Shown: piece by piece, positions 25,507 to 35,909 of the stretch
How the letters are laid out: each line of letters begins with the position of its first letter
How positions within the stretch are numbered: the stretch's first letter is position 1
Notes under the pieces: model-generated
What the model was told of the DNA's origin: nothing
Seen by the model: only the letters and a program-made list of their open reading frames with translations
Databases searched by the model: none
Virus record (IMG/VR): IMGVR_UViG_3300021963_009388
Span: 1-64,000 of that record
DNA: 64,000 nt
DNA from: a virus
Strand: one strand, 5' to 3'
Position numbers and translations under genes: made by a program

Positions 25507-26421
25507 ATGACTACGGCCATAGAAGGATCTGTATATAAGTTGTCGCTCGATAGCAATGGAGAGGTATGGGTAATAGCTGGCGACAAAATGCCAAGCTGTA
25601 CCCATATGGGTGTCGAAGAATACACAAGCAATTTAGAAAAGTCTGGATCTTATCCTAGCAATTTGAGAATACTGGGTAACAGCTATAACGCTGAGCTTAT
25701 AGTAAGGCTGTACGGCCTTAAATCTAAAGGCTTTATAAAGTCTATAGAACTGGGCAGCCCTTCTATAAGCTCAAGCGATGATACTGCTTCCATTCTTATG
25801 CGAATGAGAATGTCTAACCTTCCAGCTTCTTTAGGTGGATGGCATGAGATGAATCAGAACGACTGCATATCTTATGGTGTAGGAGTTCTGATGAGGTCTG
25901 CCACCAACGGATCTCACTTGCGGGCCTGCGAGCTAATGAAGCAGCACCCTGTTTGGGGTTACGTAAACTTTATACCCCATATCAACGACATGTTCTTTAC
26001 GAAGGTTATGGCGAGAATAGCTGACCCTAGATGGTTCGTAGACCCGAGCCACGTTAACAGGTTGTCACGTTTATATGCATGGCTCGGTCTGTGCAACGGT
26101 CCTCAAACGGATGAAAAGCTTGTTAAAAAGTTTGATGTTTACTCTTGCTGGTCTGAAGGGCTTACAGGCAGCCCTGAAGATATGGCTAAGCCAGGGTGGT
26201 TTATAATAAGAGAAGGCAACATAAGATGGGGAGCTCATAAGCCGTGGGTAAGGACTTTAAGAATGTCGCAACTTTTTATCAAGTTTTTAAACACCGCTTG
26301 GATAGACTGCATCTATCCTTACCCTAATAATTGGATGGAAAAAATATTAGAACCAGACATATTCTTTAATAGCTCAGTGGATTCTTTGGGATTTTCAAAT
26401 CACAGAAAAAAAATTATTTAA
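25507..26421 (+). CDS. hypothetical protein with an IS110 transposase C-terminal-like segment
   Basis: FIPHIN...ARIADPRWF...LYAWLGL. Confidence 0.5.
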   Translation: MTTAIEGSVYKLSLDSNGEVWVIAGDKMPSCTHMGVEEYTSNLEKSGSYPSNLRILGNSYNAELIVRLYGLKSKGFIKSIELGSPSISSSDDTASILMRMRMSNLPASLGGWHEMNQNDCISYGVGVLMRSATNGSHLRACELMKQHPVWGYVNFIPHINDMFFTKVMARIADPRWFVDPSHVNRLSRLYAWLGLCNGPQTDEKLVKKFDVYSCWSEGLTGSPEDMAKPGWFIIREGNIRWGAHKPWVRTLRMSQLFIKFLNTAWIDCIYPYPNNWMEKILEPDIFFNSSVDSLGFSNHRKKII

Positions 26422-26494
26422 TCTTATTTGAGACTATAAGTCTTTCTGTTAAAAGGCCTTGTATTTTATTTTATTTTAACTTTTTAATCAGTGA

Positions 26495-26523
26495 TTGACA
26501 CTCCTCTAATAGATAAATAGAAT
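26495..26523 (+). promoter_or_regulatory. sigma70-type promoter
   Basis: TTGACA-N17-TAGAAT upstream of the helicase operon. Confidence 0.6.
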
Positions 26524-26603
26524 TCGATTCTAACCTTAGTGGGCTCAATAAATATTGAGTTCGCATAACAATACTTATGCCATGACCGGCAGAAGAGGTT
26601 TAC

Positions 26604-28139
26604 ATGGACGTAGTATTTACTACAGGCAATTCGCTACTTCAGATATCGGTTCCAGAGTTTGGGCCAGGGCTTCCGGTAGATCTTACTAAAGCCTTTGAAA
26701 GCAGGCTATGCTACACACACAGCACCTTTAATCAGCCTACCTACTTCTCCAAAAAGAGCGGCGTATCTACTGAGATAAGAAGAGTGTTTCAGTATGACTT
26801 AAAGGGTAACTTAGTGTGTCCTAAGGGTTTCATATCTAAGCTTGAAACAGACGCAAAAAGCCTTGGGTACTCAGTTAAAAGAGTTAACATAGACGCGGAG
26901 TATCAGAGAGGCCCAGCCTTTCAATACGACCTTGATAGGCTCTCAGGTCTCATACAGTTAAAAGATAAACAAGACGAGTGCTTGGCCGCTATTCTTACAA
27001 GTGAAGGGGGTATAATAGTTGGGCCTACAGGATTTGGAAAGTCCTTCATGTTCTCAGCAATCTGCCTAGCCTACCCCAATGCAAAGATTCAAATAGTTAC
27101 GAAGCGCGTAGATGTTATGAAGCGCATATATGGTGGGCTATCAAAGTTTATACCTAAGCTGGGAATGGTAGGTAGCGGTAACTGTAACTGGGAGCGAGTG
27201 ACGGTAATAACCGCCGATAGCATGCACCGAATATCCCATACAGACGAAGGACTTGCAGACATACTTCTGTACGACGAAGTACATGAGGCTGTAGCTCCAA
27301 CCTACCAACATGAGCTGGGTAAGTTTCTAAGGACTCGCAAGTTTGGGTTCACTGCGTCTCCCGATGGCAGAATGGATGGCGCGCACTTTATGCTTGAAGC
27401 CATATTTGGTCCTAGAATATTCGAGCTGTCCTATAGCGCAGCTGTGGATGTAGATTTGGTAGTCCCAATCAAAGTAGAGTGGGTAGCCGTAGACGGTGAT
27501 GGGCCTAGCCCCTGCGCTGACCTTTCAGGCGTTCCCAGAGAAAGATGGGGCATTTGGCGTAACGAGTATAGAAACAAAGCAATAGCCGACAAGGCTAGGG
27601 AATACGCTAAGGATGACCAGGTACTTATAATGGTAAAGTCAATTGAACACGCAGTTCATTTGAAGCAGTTCTTACCAGAGTTTAAGCTTTGCTACGACAG
27701 CATGGACCCCGCTGACTACAGCAGATATGTATCCAAAGGAATGCTAGACCACACAGAGCCTTTGATGGTACCAGCTAGGCGAGAAGAGATGAGGCTAGGG
27801 TTTGAGCGTGGAACTCTGAAGAAGGTTATAAGCACAGATGTCTGGAGTACAGGCGTGGACTTTGCCCAGCTTGCTGTTCTGATAAGGGCAGACGCCAGGG
27901 CGAGTAAAATCGTAGACATACAGGCGCCTGGTCGAGTAGCTCGAAAGCATGAAGAGTCAGGTAAAGAGTTTGGAGTGGTAATAGACTTCATGGACAACTT
28001 TGACTTTACGTTTCAGAACAGAAGCAGAAGCAGGCGGGTTAGCTATAGAAAAATGGGGTGGGAAGAGATAGTAACTACCAGCGGTAAGCTACTGCCTGAT
28101 GACCACATAGAAGTTTTAGAGGAGGCATTTGATGAGTGA
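26604..28139 (+). CDS. superfamily 2 helicase
   Basis: PTGFGKS, DEVH, TAS, QAPGRVAR. Confidence 0.9.
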   Translation: MDVVFTTGNSLLQISVPEFGPGLPVDLTKAFESRLCYTHSTFNQPTYFSKKSGVSTEIRRVFQYDLKGNLVCPKGFISKLETDAKSLGYSVKRVNIDAEYQRGPAFQYDLDRLSGLIQLKDKQDECLAAILTSEGGIIVGPTGFGKSFMFSAICLAYPNAKIQIVTKRVDVMKRIYGGLSKFIPKLGMVGSGNCNWERVTVITADSMHRISHTDEGLADILLYDEVHEAVAPTYQHELGKFLRTRKFGFTASPDGRMDGAHFMLEAIFGPRIFELSYSAAVDVDLVVPIKVEWVAVDGDGPSPCADLSGVPRERWGIWRNEYRNKAIADKAREYAKDDQVLIMVKSIEHAVHLKQFLPEFKLCYDSMDPADYSRYVSKGMLDHTEPLMVPARREEMRLGFERGTLKKVISTDVWSTGVDFAQLAVLIRADARASKIVDIQAPGRVARKHEESGKEFGVVIDFMDNFDFTFQNRSRSRRVSYRKMGWEEIVTTSGKLLPDDHIEVLEEAFDE

Positions 28140-28836
28140 TCAAGTAAGCATGGACGTTCTAGCTTTAGAAGCTAGGCGTGTTTACTGTATGCATATGCGT
28201 AATTTTAATAGATCAAAAGGGCAATCTTCCAACTACGGCAAAGGTAAATTGGCTAGGTACGACGGCACTTCTTCAGGCAGGCCCAGGCCTGGAGAAGCCG
28301 TATTAAGTAAGGACGGAAAAGACTACAAGCCTGTCTGGCCCAGAATAGCTGAAACTGTAAGTTCAAACAGAGTTACCATACTAGAGCTAATAAGGGCTCA
28401 GTTTGCCACTGTATCAGGTGGCGCTCCTTCTGCCAGTGCTTGCTATGGTGATAGAGCTGTAAGGCTTACAGTGCAGCGCAGAGAACAGGAGAAGCAGGAG
28501 ACCTTAAACCTTCTTAACTCCTACAGACAGGTAACTAACATCGAGGTGACTCGAATGCGTGACTTTATAACATCGGAGCAGTCTGTTGTGGATATCATCG
28601 CTGGATGTGATGTTTCTCCTTTTTACAAAGTTAACACAATAATGTTTATGAGTGACTCGGCTTTCATAGATCCTTTAATTATAAGCTTAGCCGAAGAAGA
28701 CTATCTTATGCGAATGGATGTGTACGAGGCTGTATGGTCTAAGTCCATACATACTTCGTTCAGGAGCACGGCTATTAATTCTCTCCGCAGGGAGAGAGCT
28801 AGCCTATTTATTAGCACGGATAATCTAATTTTATAG
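28129..28836 (+). CDS. hypothetical replication-cluster protein
   Basis: 235 aa between the two helicases. Confidence 0.7.
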   Translation: MMSDQVSMDVLALEARRVYCMHMRNFNRSKGQSSNYGKGKLARYDGTSSGRPRPGEAVLSKDGKDYKPVWPRIAETVSSNRVTILELIRAQFATVSGGAPSASACYGDRAVRLTVQRREQEKQETLNLLNSYRQVTNIEVTRMRDFITSEQSVVDIIAGCDVSPFYKVNTIMFMSDSAFIDPLIISLAEEDYLMRMDVYEAVWSKSIHTSFRSTAINSLRRERASLFISTDNLIL

Positions 28837-28844
28837 GGGTTAAC

Positions 28845-30494
28845 ATGGATGGTTATGTAGATAAAAGATTACCTGAAGTAGTTGAAACAGTTTATAGGAT
28901 TGACGCTTCAACTGTTGATTTTGTTATTAAGCATATAGTAGCCGATTCCACTTTGCTGTTAGAGTGTTTACCGCATTTTAACGAAGAGTACTTTTCCTCT
29001 GACGAGAAGCCTTACAGAATAATCATCAAAGCCCTTAAATTCTATCACAACGAGTTTAATGAGGCTCCAACTTCTGAGATGATAAAATGCATAGTAAGCG
29101 ATCTATCAGAAGTAAGAGGTAGCCTTCCTGTAGATGGCCTGAGTCTAAAGGATCAAGTCTTTAGAATAGTTGACAGCGCTTTTGACTATGGCAAGGACGG
29201 AGTCGAAGCGAATAGAAAGCTATGTAGAGAAACTCTGCAAAGGTTCTTAAACGAAAGAGCTATTCACGATAAGCTTTACAGCCAGCTTAGCTCTACCTCT
29301 GCGGTTCAGACTGTAGTTAAAGACGCTAATGATTTCTTTAACAAGTTCATATCTGTAAACCAGTCGATTCAATCGATGAATGAGTCGGCAATGTGCGATG
29401 TTATTCCAGACCTGTGGAAGCCTGCCACTAAGATAGGAGACCCTTTAGGCCTTCCTTACTTTGATAAGTTTATGACCGGCGGCACTAACGCTGGGGATGT
29501 GTACGCTATTCTAGGTGGGTTCGGCTCTGGTAAAACTTGGATGGGTATAAACGTAATAGCTAATAATTGCGCTCGCGAGCACGCCAGGGAAATGAAGTGC
29601 ATAGCGGAAAATACGCCTTATATACCTAAGGTAGGCATCTATGTAAATTACGAAGGCAGTATTGATGTTATTAGATTTAGGTTGGCTGCTTGTCTCTCTA
29701 GAATACCTGAGAAAATTATAAAGGAGCACCTCGTAAATGGCCTGCCTCTATCTACCAGAGAAACTCTAAGAGACTACGAGCTTCGAAGGTACTCTAACAC
29801 CAAGGATGAGGCTATGCGCATACCCGAAGTTGAAAGGTTTGCAAGCATTAAGGGTTTAGTAAATAGGTACACGCAGATTCTGGACATGAGTGGTAGCACT
29901 CCTGCTAAGCTAGGCAAGGGCTTTACTTCTGAGTTAATATCTCAGATAGATAAGTATGTAGCAGCTAACAAAGTACAGATAGGCACAGTGTGCGTCGATT
30001 ATGTAAAGCTAATGGCCGACAGGCATATCGCAGCTAATGGTAACAAGATGGAGAATCTAAGGCATTATATTCGTAGGGTTCCAGCTGAGCTATCCGTAGG
30101 CATAGGCATAAAGCATAACTGCGTAGTGTGGCTTCTTCATCAGATAAGCGGCGAAGCCAATAGCATAAGGCCTGGAAAAGCATTACACCATTCTCACTCT
30201 TCCGAGAGTAAAGACTTTGGTGAAAATGTGCATAGGGTATTTTGCTTAGGGCAAAAGCATGAGGAGAGCGGAGTTCAGCGCATGGACGCTTCAAAGCTTC
30301 GTAGCGATGAGACTCCATCTAAGAGCTATGTGGTTGTTAAGTTTGACGGAGAAACCAGCTCCTTTAGCCTAGACAACAACTGGATCATAGATGAACACGC
30401 CGGGTTTGTTAAGGCTTCCTATTCTGGGTCTTCTATGGATGTGTCTTCTAGAGGCAGATCTAAAGAAGAAGACTCAAATGACAGAGATTCTTAA
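28845..30494 (+). CDS. DnaB-like replicative helicase
   Basis: GGFGSGKT, YVNYE, CVDY, LLHQ; adjacent to primase. Confidence 0.75.
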   Translation: MDGYVDKRLPEVVETVYRIDASTVDFVIKHIVADSTLLLECLPHFNEEYFSSDEKPYRIIIKALKFYHNEFNEAPTSEMIKCIVSDLSEVRGSLPVDGLSLKDQVFRIVDSAFDYGKDGVEANRKLCRETLQRFLNERAIHDKLYSQLSSTSAVQTVVKDANDFFNKFISVNQSIQSMNESAMCDVIPDLWKPATKIGDPLGLPYFDKFMTGGTNAGDVYAILGGFGSGKTWMGINVIANNCAREHAREMKCIAENTPYIPKVGIYVNYEGSIDVIRFRLAACLSRIPEKIIKEHLVNGLPLSTRETLRDYELRRYSNTKDEAMRIPEVERFASIKGLVNRYTQILDMSGSTPAKLGKGFTSELISQIDKYVAANKVQIGTVCVDYVKLMADRHIAANGNKMENLRHYIRRVPAELSVGIGIKHNCVVWLLHQISGEANSIRPGKALHHSHSSESKDFGENVHRVFCLGQKHEESGVQRMDASKLRSDETPSKSYVVVKFDGETSSFSLDNNWIIDEHAGFVKASYSGSSMDVSSRGRSKEEDSNDRDS

Positions 30495-30503
30495 AGGAGA
30501 ACT

Positions 30504-31556
30504 ATGAGCACAGCTGTAGACGATGTATTGTGCCCAGAGCTTTACTTTAGGTTAAAGAAAGTGTTTGGGAAGGTATATGTAAATAATAGAGGTACGGCTA
30601 TGGTTATGCGGCCTAGCTCCAATGGAGAAAGGCCCACGTACTTACTGCATGGAGAGTATTATAGAATATGCTGCCCATGGTGCGGAGACACTCGACATAG
30701 GCTTTATATAAACCATAGGTGGTTTGAGCATCGCCATATGGCGAACTGCTTCAACGAGACAGCGTGCACCAGGGGAGAGCTGGGCAGCATGCGCCTAGAC
30801 CAGCTACATCTGTGGCTGTTCAATACTTCTTCTCCTGTGTCTTTGCCAGTGCATCATAAGGTAATGACGCATGAGCAGATAACGGCTTTGACTGAGATTC
30901 GACCTCCTGATAGGTGTGTAGCCTTATCTTCGCTTAGAGAAGACCACGAAGTCCTAAACTACATAGTTCAAAGGGGTTATAACCCTAAGGTTTTGGAGAA
31001 GTACTTAGGAGTGGGCTGGATAACAGAAGAAGCTATTCCAACCCAGAGAGAAAGAATTTACATACCAGTTTTTCAAAATGGGAAATTAATGGGGTACCAG
31101 GGGCGAATAATTACAGACGACCCATTAAAGAAGAAGCAAAAATATATCAACCCACCAGGTATGAAGAAGTCTATGCTTCTATATAATCTGGATAACGCCA
31201 AGAATCAGAATGTGGTTGTCATATGCGAAGGCCCTATTGACGTGTGGTCTGTAGGCCCTTCAGGTGTAGCTATCTTTGGAAGCGATTGCAGCCAGGGGCA
31301 GCTAAACCTTATCGGTGAATTCTTTAACGGCAAGGTTATAGCTATAGCCCTTGATGGGGATGCTTCCTACAAGGCAGACGCGCTTGTAGATAAAGTTCAG
31401 CATTCAGCGCCTAGGTCTGTGGTTATTAAGATACCCATGGCGAAAGAAGAAGATCCAGATTCCCTAAGAGATGAGTTGTGGAGACGTCTCCAATCTATAG
31501 CAACAAACATGGGTGTCACTTTGCCAGACACTTTAAAGGAGTGGCCCAGTGAATGA
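30504..31556 (+). CDS. DNA primase (Zn finger plus Toprim)
   Basis: CPWC, KYINP, CEGPID, LDGD, EDP. Confidence 0.88.
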   Translation: MSTAVDDVLCPELYFRLKKVFGKVYVNNRGTAMVMRPSSNGERPTYLLHGEYYRICCPWCGDTRHRLYINHRWFEHRHMANCFNETACTRGELGSMRLDQLHLWLFNTSSPVSLPVHHKVMTHEQITALTEIRPPDRCVALSSLREDHEVLNYIVQRGYNPKVLEKYLGVGWITEEAIPTQRERIYIPVFQNGKLMGYQGRIITDDPLKKKQKYINPPGMKKSMLLYNLDNAKNQNVVVICEGPIDVWSVGPSGVAIFGSDCSQGQLNLIGEFFNGKVIAIALDGDASYKADALVDKVQHSAPRSVVIKIPMAKEEDPDSLRDELWRRLQSIATNMGVTLPDTLKEWPSE

Positions 31557-34500
31557 TTTTAATAGTGAGTGCACCTATGGTAATTTTGTAAAGCTAATAA
31601 ACAAGGCCGGACCTCTTTTGAGCTGGCCTTTTTTATTTCCTTCTGAGCACTCTGGAGTTATACCTAAGGTAGGCCCTGATTTCTATCAGTGTGCCAAAGC
31701 TCTAGCAGGAACAGACGAAGACATAGTCATAGACTCGTATTCTGATATGCTTTACTTCAAAGCGCTCTATCAGCAGGGGTTCTCTCTGCCAGTATCCCTT
31801 AATGGGAACATAATAAATGCAAACTTTGTACCTGGGTGCGGCTGGATGGACAACTGCAGAGTTGGGCCTTTTAGAAAATACAAGTACATGATCATAGGTA
31901 AGTGCCCATCTATCTATGACATCAAATATAATAAGGTAAACTTTGGGCTTAGCGCTGATTTGCTATGGGATGCTTTAAGCGTAGAGGGCTTTAACAAGCC
32001 AGACTTCTACCTAACCTATGTAGTTAAACACCAGTTGTTAGACCCATCGAGCGGCAATATCAAATCCGTTTGGATCAATAACTGTGCTCCACTACTTAAG
32101 CTAGAGATGATGCTTACTCTTCCAGATTTTATATTGCTTACAGGCGATGAAGCCATGAAGGCAATACTTGGAAGGGACAATAAGCTTTCAACTGCTTCTG
32201 GTAAAGTATTTGACGTGGCTATACCTTTGGCTGACGGAGGCGTGCATATAGCTAAAGCTATAGCCTGTGTTAACCCTTCGTTTGTGCTGAGGTACCCTGA
32301 GCACATAGATCGCTTTAATTCTTCTATAGCTCATTTCTCAGCTGTATGCAGAGGAGATGAGTTTCTATCCACTGAGGCTGGCATTAATCACTTTTCAGTA
32401 AGGACTATTGAAAGGCTGCTATATGTTAGGGATGAGATAATGAAAGAGGCTTCTCCGGTTATAGCATTAGACCTTGAGTGGCAGGGAGCTTGGCCTGGAG
32501 AGAAGGGAGCGTACGTTCGTACTCTTCAGTTGTCTTGGAAGCCAGGTGTAGCCTGCAGCATAATAGTAAATGAAGCTGGAGGCGGGTTTTGCTTTGAAGG
32601 CGGCCCAGAAGCCCTTAAAGCTATACTGAACACCATATTCCATCCGACGGACGAAAGAACGGTAAGAGTAGTAGGCCATTACATTACTGCCGACTTACCT
32701 TGGCTTGAGTCTTTAGGAGTAAACTTACATACTCTCTTTGAAGCCCCCTGCGATGACTTAGTTTTTGACTCCGTAGAGGGCTACAAGTTTGGGTTTGAGA
32801 AGACAAAGCATGTAGGCGGCTTTGATACGTTATTGGCAGCTCACTCTGTTAACGAGACCGACATCTTTAACCTAGAAGAGCAGGCCGTAAGGTACTGCGG
32901 AGTTCCTAGATGGGAAGGCCCCATAATTGAATGGAGAAAAAGCTACTGCAAAGCCAAAGGAATAAAGGACTCCGAGCTAGGCGGCTATGGCGATTGCCCA
33001 GACGATGTCATAGTGCCTTATGGCTGCTACGACGCCGATGTGACTAGAAGGTTGTTTGACTACTTTAATGGAATAGGAGAAGAGCCCGGTAAGCTAGATA
33101 AGGATAAGTACGGCAATAACTGCAGGCTTCCTTTCTGGCTTTCAATGCGCGCTTATCCATCTTTCATAGAGATGAGGCAAAAGGGTATTCTCATAGACGA
33201 AGTCATGGTGCACAGCCTGACTGAGACCTATGACAAGCTCTATGGCAACCTTTTAGAGAAGCTAAGAGTAAGTATACGCTGGCCTGACTTCAATCCCTCT
33301 AGCGCTTTTCATAAGCGAGAGCTGCTCTTTGGTGAGAATCTGTCTGGAAGAAGAGATGCTTCTGGCAACCCTATTAGGCAAAGGCCTGCTGAAGCTTTAT
33401 CTCTTGAGCTTCTGCCCTATAAGAGTACTGGCACTGGCTCTAAAGGTAAGCTGTGGTCTTACTTGGTAGCTAAGTCAGAGGATCATCTGTACATGGCTTC
33501 TGCAGATAGAGAATCACTAACCATATTGGCCGAAGCTCATCCAGTAGTAGAAATGCTAAGGGATGTACGCGCTTTGCATTACTTAAGAACTACAGTTCTC
33601 AGGTCTCCTGACTGTGATGATGACGGCAATGAGAAGGTAGACTCTGAAGGTGACGTTGTATATGACAAAGGATTGTTGTCGTATATCCATGAAGACAAAA
33701 GAGTTAGGTCTATGTTTAGTCAGACTAAAGAAACTGGAAGGGCATCATCGTCAAAGCCGAATATGCAGAACTTGGGCAAGACCATAGAAGAGAAGTACAA
33801 GGCTATATTCATAGCTCATGGAAAAGACCTAGGGCTTAGTTACACATACCCTCTAAGGTCTGTGATAAGCGCAAAGCCTGGATGCGTTCTAGTAGAGGCT
33901 GACTATACCGGTGCAGAGCTAGCGATTATGGCATGGCAGTCAGGTGATAAGAACATGATCGACCATGTTCGTAGAGCCAACCTGCCAGAGAATCATCCTG
34001 AGTACTATGACATTCACAGCAACGTTGCTGTAAATACATTCAAGCTAAAATGTCCAGCTACTAAGAAGGGGCTTAAAGATATAGGCAAGGCTGGTATGCG
34101 CACTGCTGCTAAGGCTGTGGTGTTTGGATATGCATACGGACAAGGAGCCGACTCAACCGCTAGAAAGGCAAAGCAAGAGGGAGTAATAATTTCTGTAAAC
34201 GAGGCTCAGGAGCTTATAAACGGGCTAGTAGATATGTACCCAAGACTTCCAATGTACTTTAACGAGTGCAAGGCAAGAGTTACTGATCCAGGTTGGATGA
34301 GCAACTGTTTTGGAAGGTACCGTAGATTTGCTCCGAGTAAAGATAGGGCTGTTGTGGCAGAGTACGAAAGACAGAGTATGAACTTCCCAATTCAGTCAGC
34401 TGTAGCTGATGCAATGTCTTGCGCGCTTGACCATATTTATACCCATCGTAAAATGGTCACGACCAATTTACGATATGACATCATATTGCAGGTGCATGAT

Positions 34501-34740
34501 GCTGTCATTCTAGAGGTGCCTTATGAGTGCGTAGAGGAAGTCGTAGATAAGGTTCTGCCTATGTGCATGAGCGATAAAGTCAGTGTGTATTCTTGTGGCC
34601 TAGATGGGGCTATGAGAGTTGGAGATTGTGGTCCTTTTCACTTGGGCATAGCGACTGAAGTATTTACCAAATGGTCGATACCGCTAACCAAGGAGGACTG
34701 CAAGGTTATGGGCATACCCGAGAGGTTTGCCCAGCATTAA
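31549..34740 (+). CDS. family A DNA polymerase with N-terminal UDG-like and 3'-5' exonuclease domains
   Basis: DLE exo motif; ETGRASSSKPNMQN; DYTGAEL; RTAAKAVVFGYAYG; QVHD. Confidence 0.92.
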   Translation: MNDFNSECTYGNFVKLINKAGPLLSWPFLFPSEHSGVIPKVGPDFYQCAKALAGTDEDIVIDSYSDMLYFKALYQQGFSLPVSLNGNIINANFVPGCGWMDNCRVGPFRKYKYMIIGKCPSIYDIKYNKVNFGLSADLLWDALSVEGFNKPDFYLTYVVKHQLLDPSSGNIKSVWINNCAPLLKLEMMLTLPDFILLTGDEAMKAILGRDNKLSTASGKVFDVAIPLADGGVHIAKAIACVNPSFVLRYPEHIDRFNSSIAHFSAVCRGDEFLSTEAGINHFSVRTIERLLYVRDEIMKEASPVIALDLEWQGAWPGEKGAYVRTLQLSWKPGVACSIIVNEAGGGFCFEGGPEALKAILNTIFHPTDERTVRVVGHYITADLPWLESLGVNLHTLFEAPCDDLVFDSVEGYKFGFEKTKHVGGFDTLLAAHSVNETDIFNLEEQAVRYCGVPRWEGPIIEWRKSYCKAKGIKDSELGGYGDCPDDVIVPYGCYDADVTRRLFDYFNGIGEEPGKLDKDKYGNNCRLPFWLSMRAYPSFIEMRQKGILIDEVMVHSLTETYDKLYGNLLEKLRVSIRWPDFNPSSAFHKRELLFGENLSGRRDASGNPIRQRPAEALSLELLPYKSTGTGSKGKLWSYLVAKSEDHLYMASADRESLTILAEAHPVVEMLRDVRALHYLRTTVLRSPDCDDDGNEKVDSEGDVVYDKGLLSYIHEDKRVRSMFSQTKETGRASSSKPNMQNLGKTIEEKYKAIFIAHGKDLGLSYTYPLRSVISAKPGCVLVEADYTGAELAIMAWQSGDKNMIDHVRRANLPENHPEYYDIHSNVAVNTFKLKCPATKKGLKDIGKAGMRTAAKAVVFGYAYGQGADSTARKAKQEGVIISVNEAQELINGLVDMYPRLPMYFNECKARVTDPGWMSNCFGRYRRFAPSKDRAVVAEYERQSMNFPIQSAVADAMSCALDHIYTHRKMVTTNLRYDIILQVHDAVILEVPYECVEEVVDKVLPMCMSDKVSVYSCGLDGAMRVGDCGPFHLGIATEVFTKWSIPLTKEDCKVMGIPERFAQH

Positions 34741-34750
34741 GAGAAACAAA

Positions 34751-34954
34751 ATGGAAAAAAATAGTGTCGAGTCTTGGCTAACCATTATAAAAGTTGCAAT
34801 CGACCCAGACTCTCCGTTTAAGGGTTTAGTCGATTTACGAGAGATTTTCAACTTACCACTTTCAACACAGCATAAAATACACGATGCCATGACTGAGGAC
34901 GAGCGGGCACAGCTTGCTTTAGTCTATGGCTCTGCAAAAGGAGAAGTAGCATGA
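34751..34954 (+). CDS. hypothetical protein
   Basis: Short ORF coupled to the next gene. Confidence 0.5.
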   Translation: MEKNSVESWLTIIKVAIDPDSPFKGLVDLREIFNLPLSTQHKIHDAMTEDERAQLALVYGSAKGEVA

Positions 34955-35391
34955 ACAGAGGAATATCAGCACTACAAGTTGTAGAAGAATTAGCAGCCAG
35001 CAGATTAGAAGAGATGAAGACTGCGGCCTATAATAGAGCTCGAAATAAAATTAGAAAAGAACAGCGTAATAGATCTAAATGGGATAGCTTAACCAAAATA
35101 GTTTCTGAAATTAGTAGAAAATATCCCATATGCGTAGAGAATGTACAGTTTCCAGAGTCATCAAACCCTTACTTTTCATTCTTATTAAACGACCGCTCTA
35201 CGTATGGTCGTTATGATAGGTTTCATATTCATTTTGTTACTGAAGAAAGCGGAAGAGTAAGCCTTAGATATAGTGATTCTACTGAATATAGTAGATCCCG
35301 TACGCACCCTCTAGCAGATGCTAATACAGTAGATGAGTTAATACCTGCTTTGATAAGTAAACTAGCTGACGTGGTAATTAGCAGGCGGTAA
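34951..35391 (+). CDS. paralog 1 of a three-gene family
   Basis: C-terminal VDELIPALISKLAD. Confidence 0.75.
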   Translation: MNRGISALQVVEELAASRLEEMKTAAYNRARNKIRKEQRNRSKWDSLTKIVSEISRKYPICVENVQFPESSNPYFSFLLNDRSTYGRYDRFHIHFVTEESGRVSLRYSDSTEYSRSRTHPLADANTVDELIPALISKLADVVISRR

Positions 35392-35426
35392 CTAAACAAT
35401 TAAAATTTAAACAAAAAGGGATTAAA

Positions 35427-35864
35427 ATGAAAACAGCAACAGATCTTATAAAAGAGTTAGGTGTTAGCAGATTAGAACAGATTAAGATTGAAAAATTTAA
35501 TGACGAACAACACGAAATAAGAGACGTTGAATGGCGAAAATCTTTTTGGGCCAGCCTTATTAATATAGTTTCTGAAGTTAGTGATAAGTATCCTGAAAAT
35601 GTATGTAAAGTTCAGATTCTTTATGGAAGAGAGCCATACTTTTTATTTAAGTATCAAGAAAAGGATGCGAGTTGCAAATACGATGGCACCATGTATTTTA
35701 ATAAACAAGATGGAATGGTAAGTCTTCAGTATAGGAAAGATAAGTACGATACTAATAGATGGACAGCCGCAGAGGCTAGAGCTGTGGACCAATTAATACC
35801 TGCTTTAATAAGCGTATTAACTGACATAGTTCATGGATTACCGATTAATAGATGTAAAATTTAA
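35427..35864 (+). CDS. paralog 2 of a three-gene family
   Basis: MKTATDLIKEL...VDQLIPALISVLTD. Confidence 0.75.
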   Translation: MKTATDLIKELGVSRLEQIKIEKFNDEQHEIRDVEWRKSFWASLINIVSEVSDKYPENVCKVQILYGREPYFLFKYQEKDASCKYDGTMYFNKQDGMVSLQYRKDKYDTNRWTAAEARAVDQLIPALISVLTDIVHGLPINRCKI

Positions 35865-35909
35865 TCAAGATAGTAAAGTGTGCACAAAACAACTTCAAAA
35901 GGAATTAAA

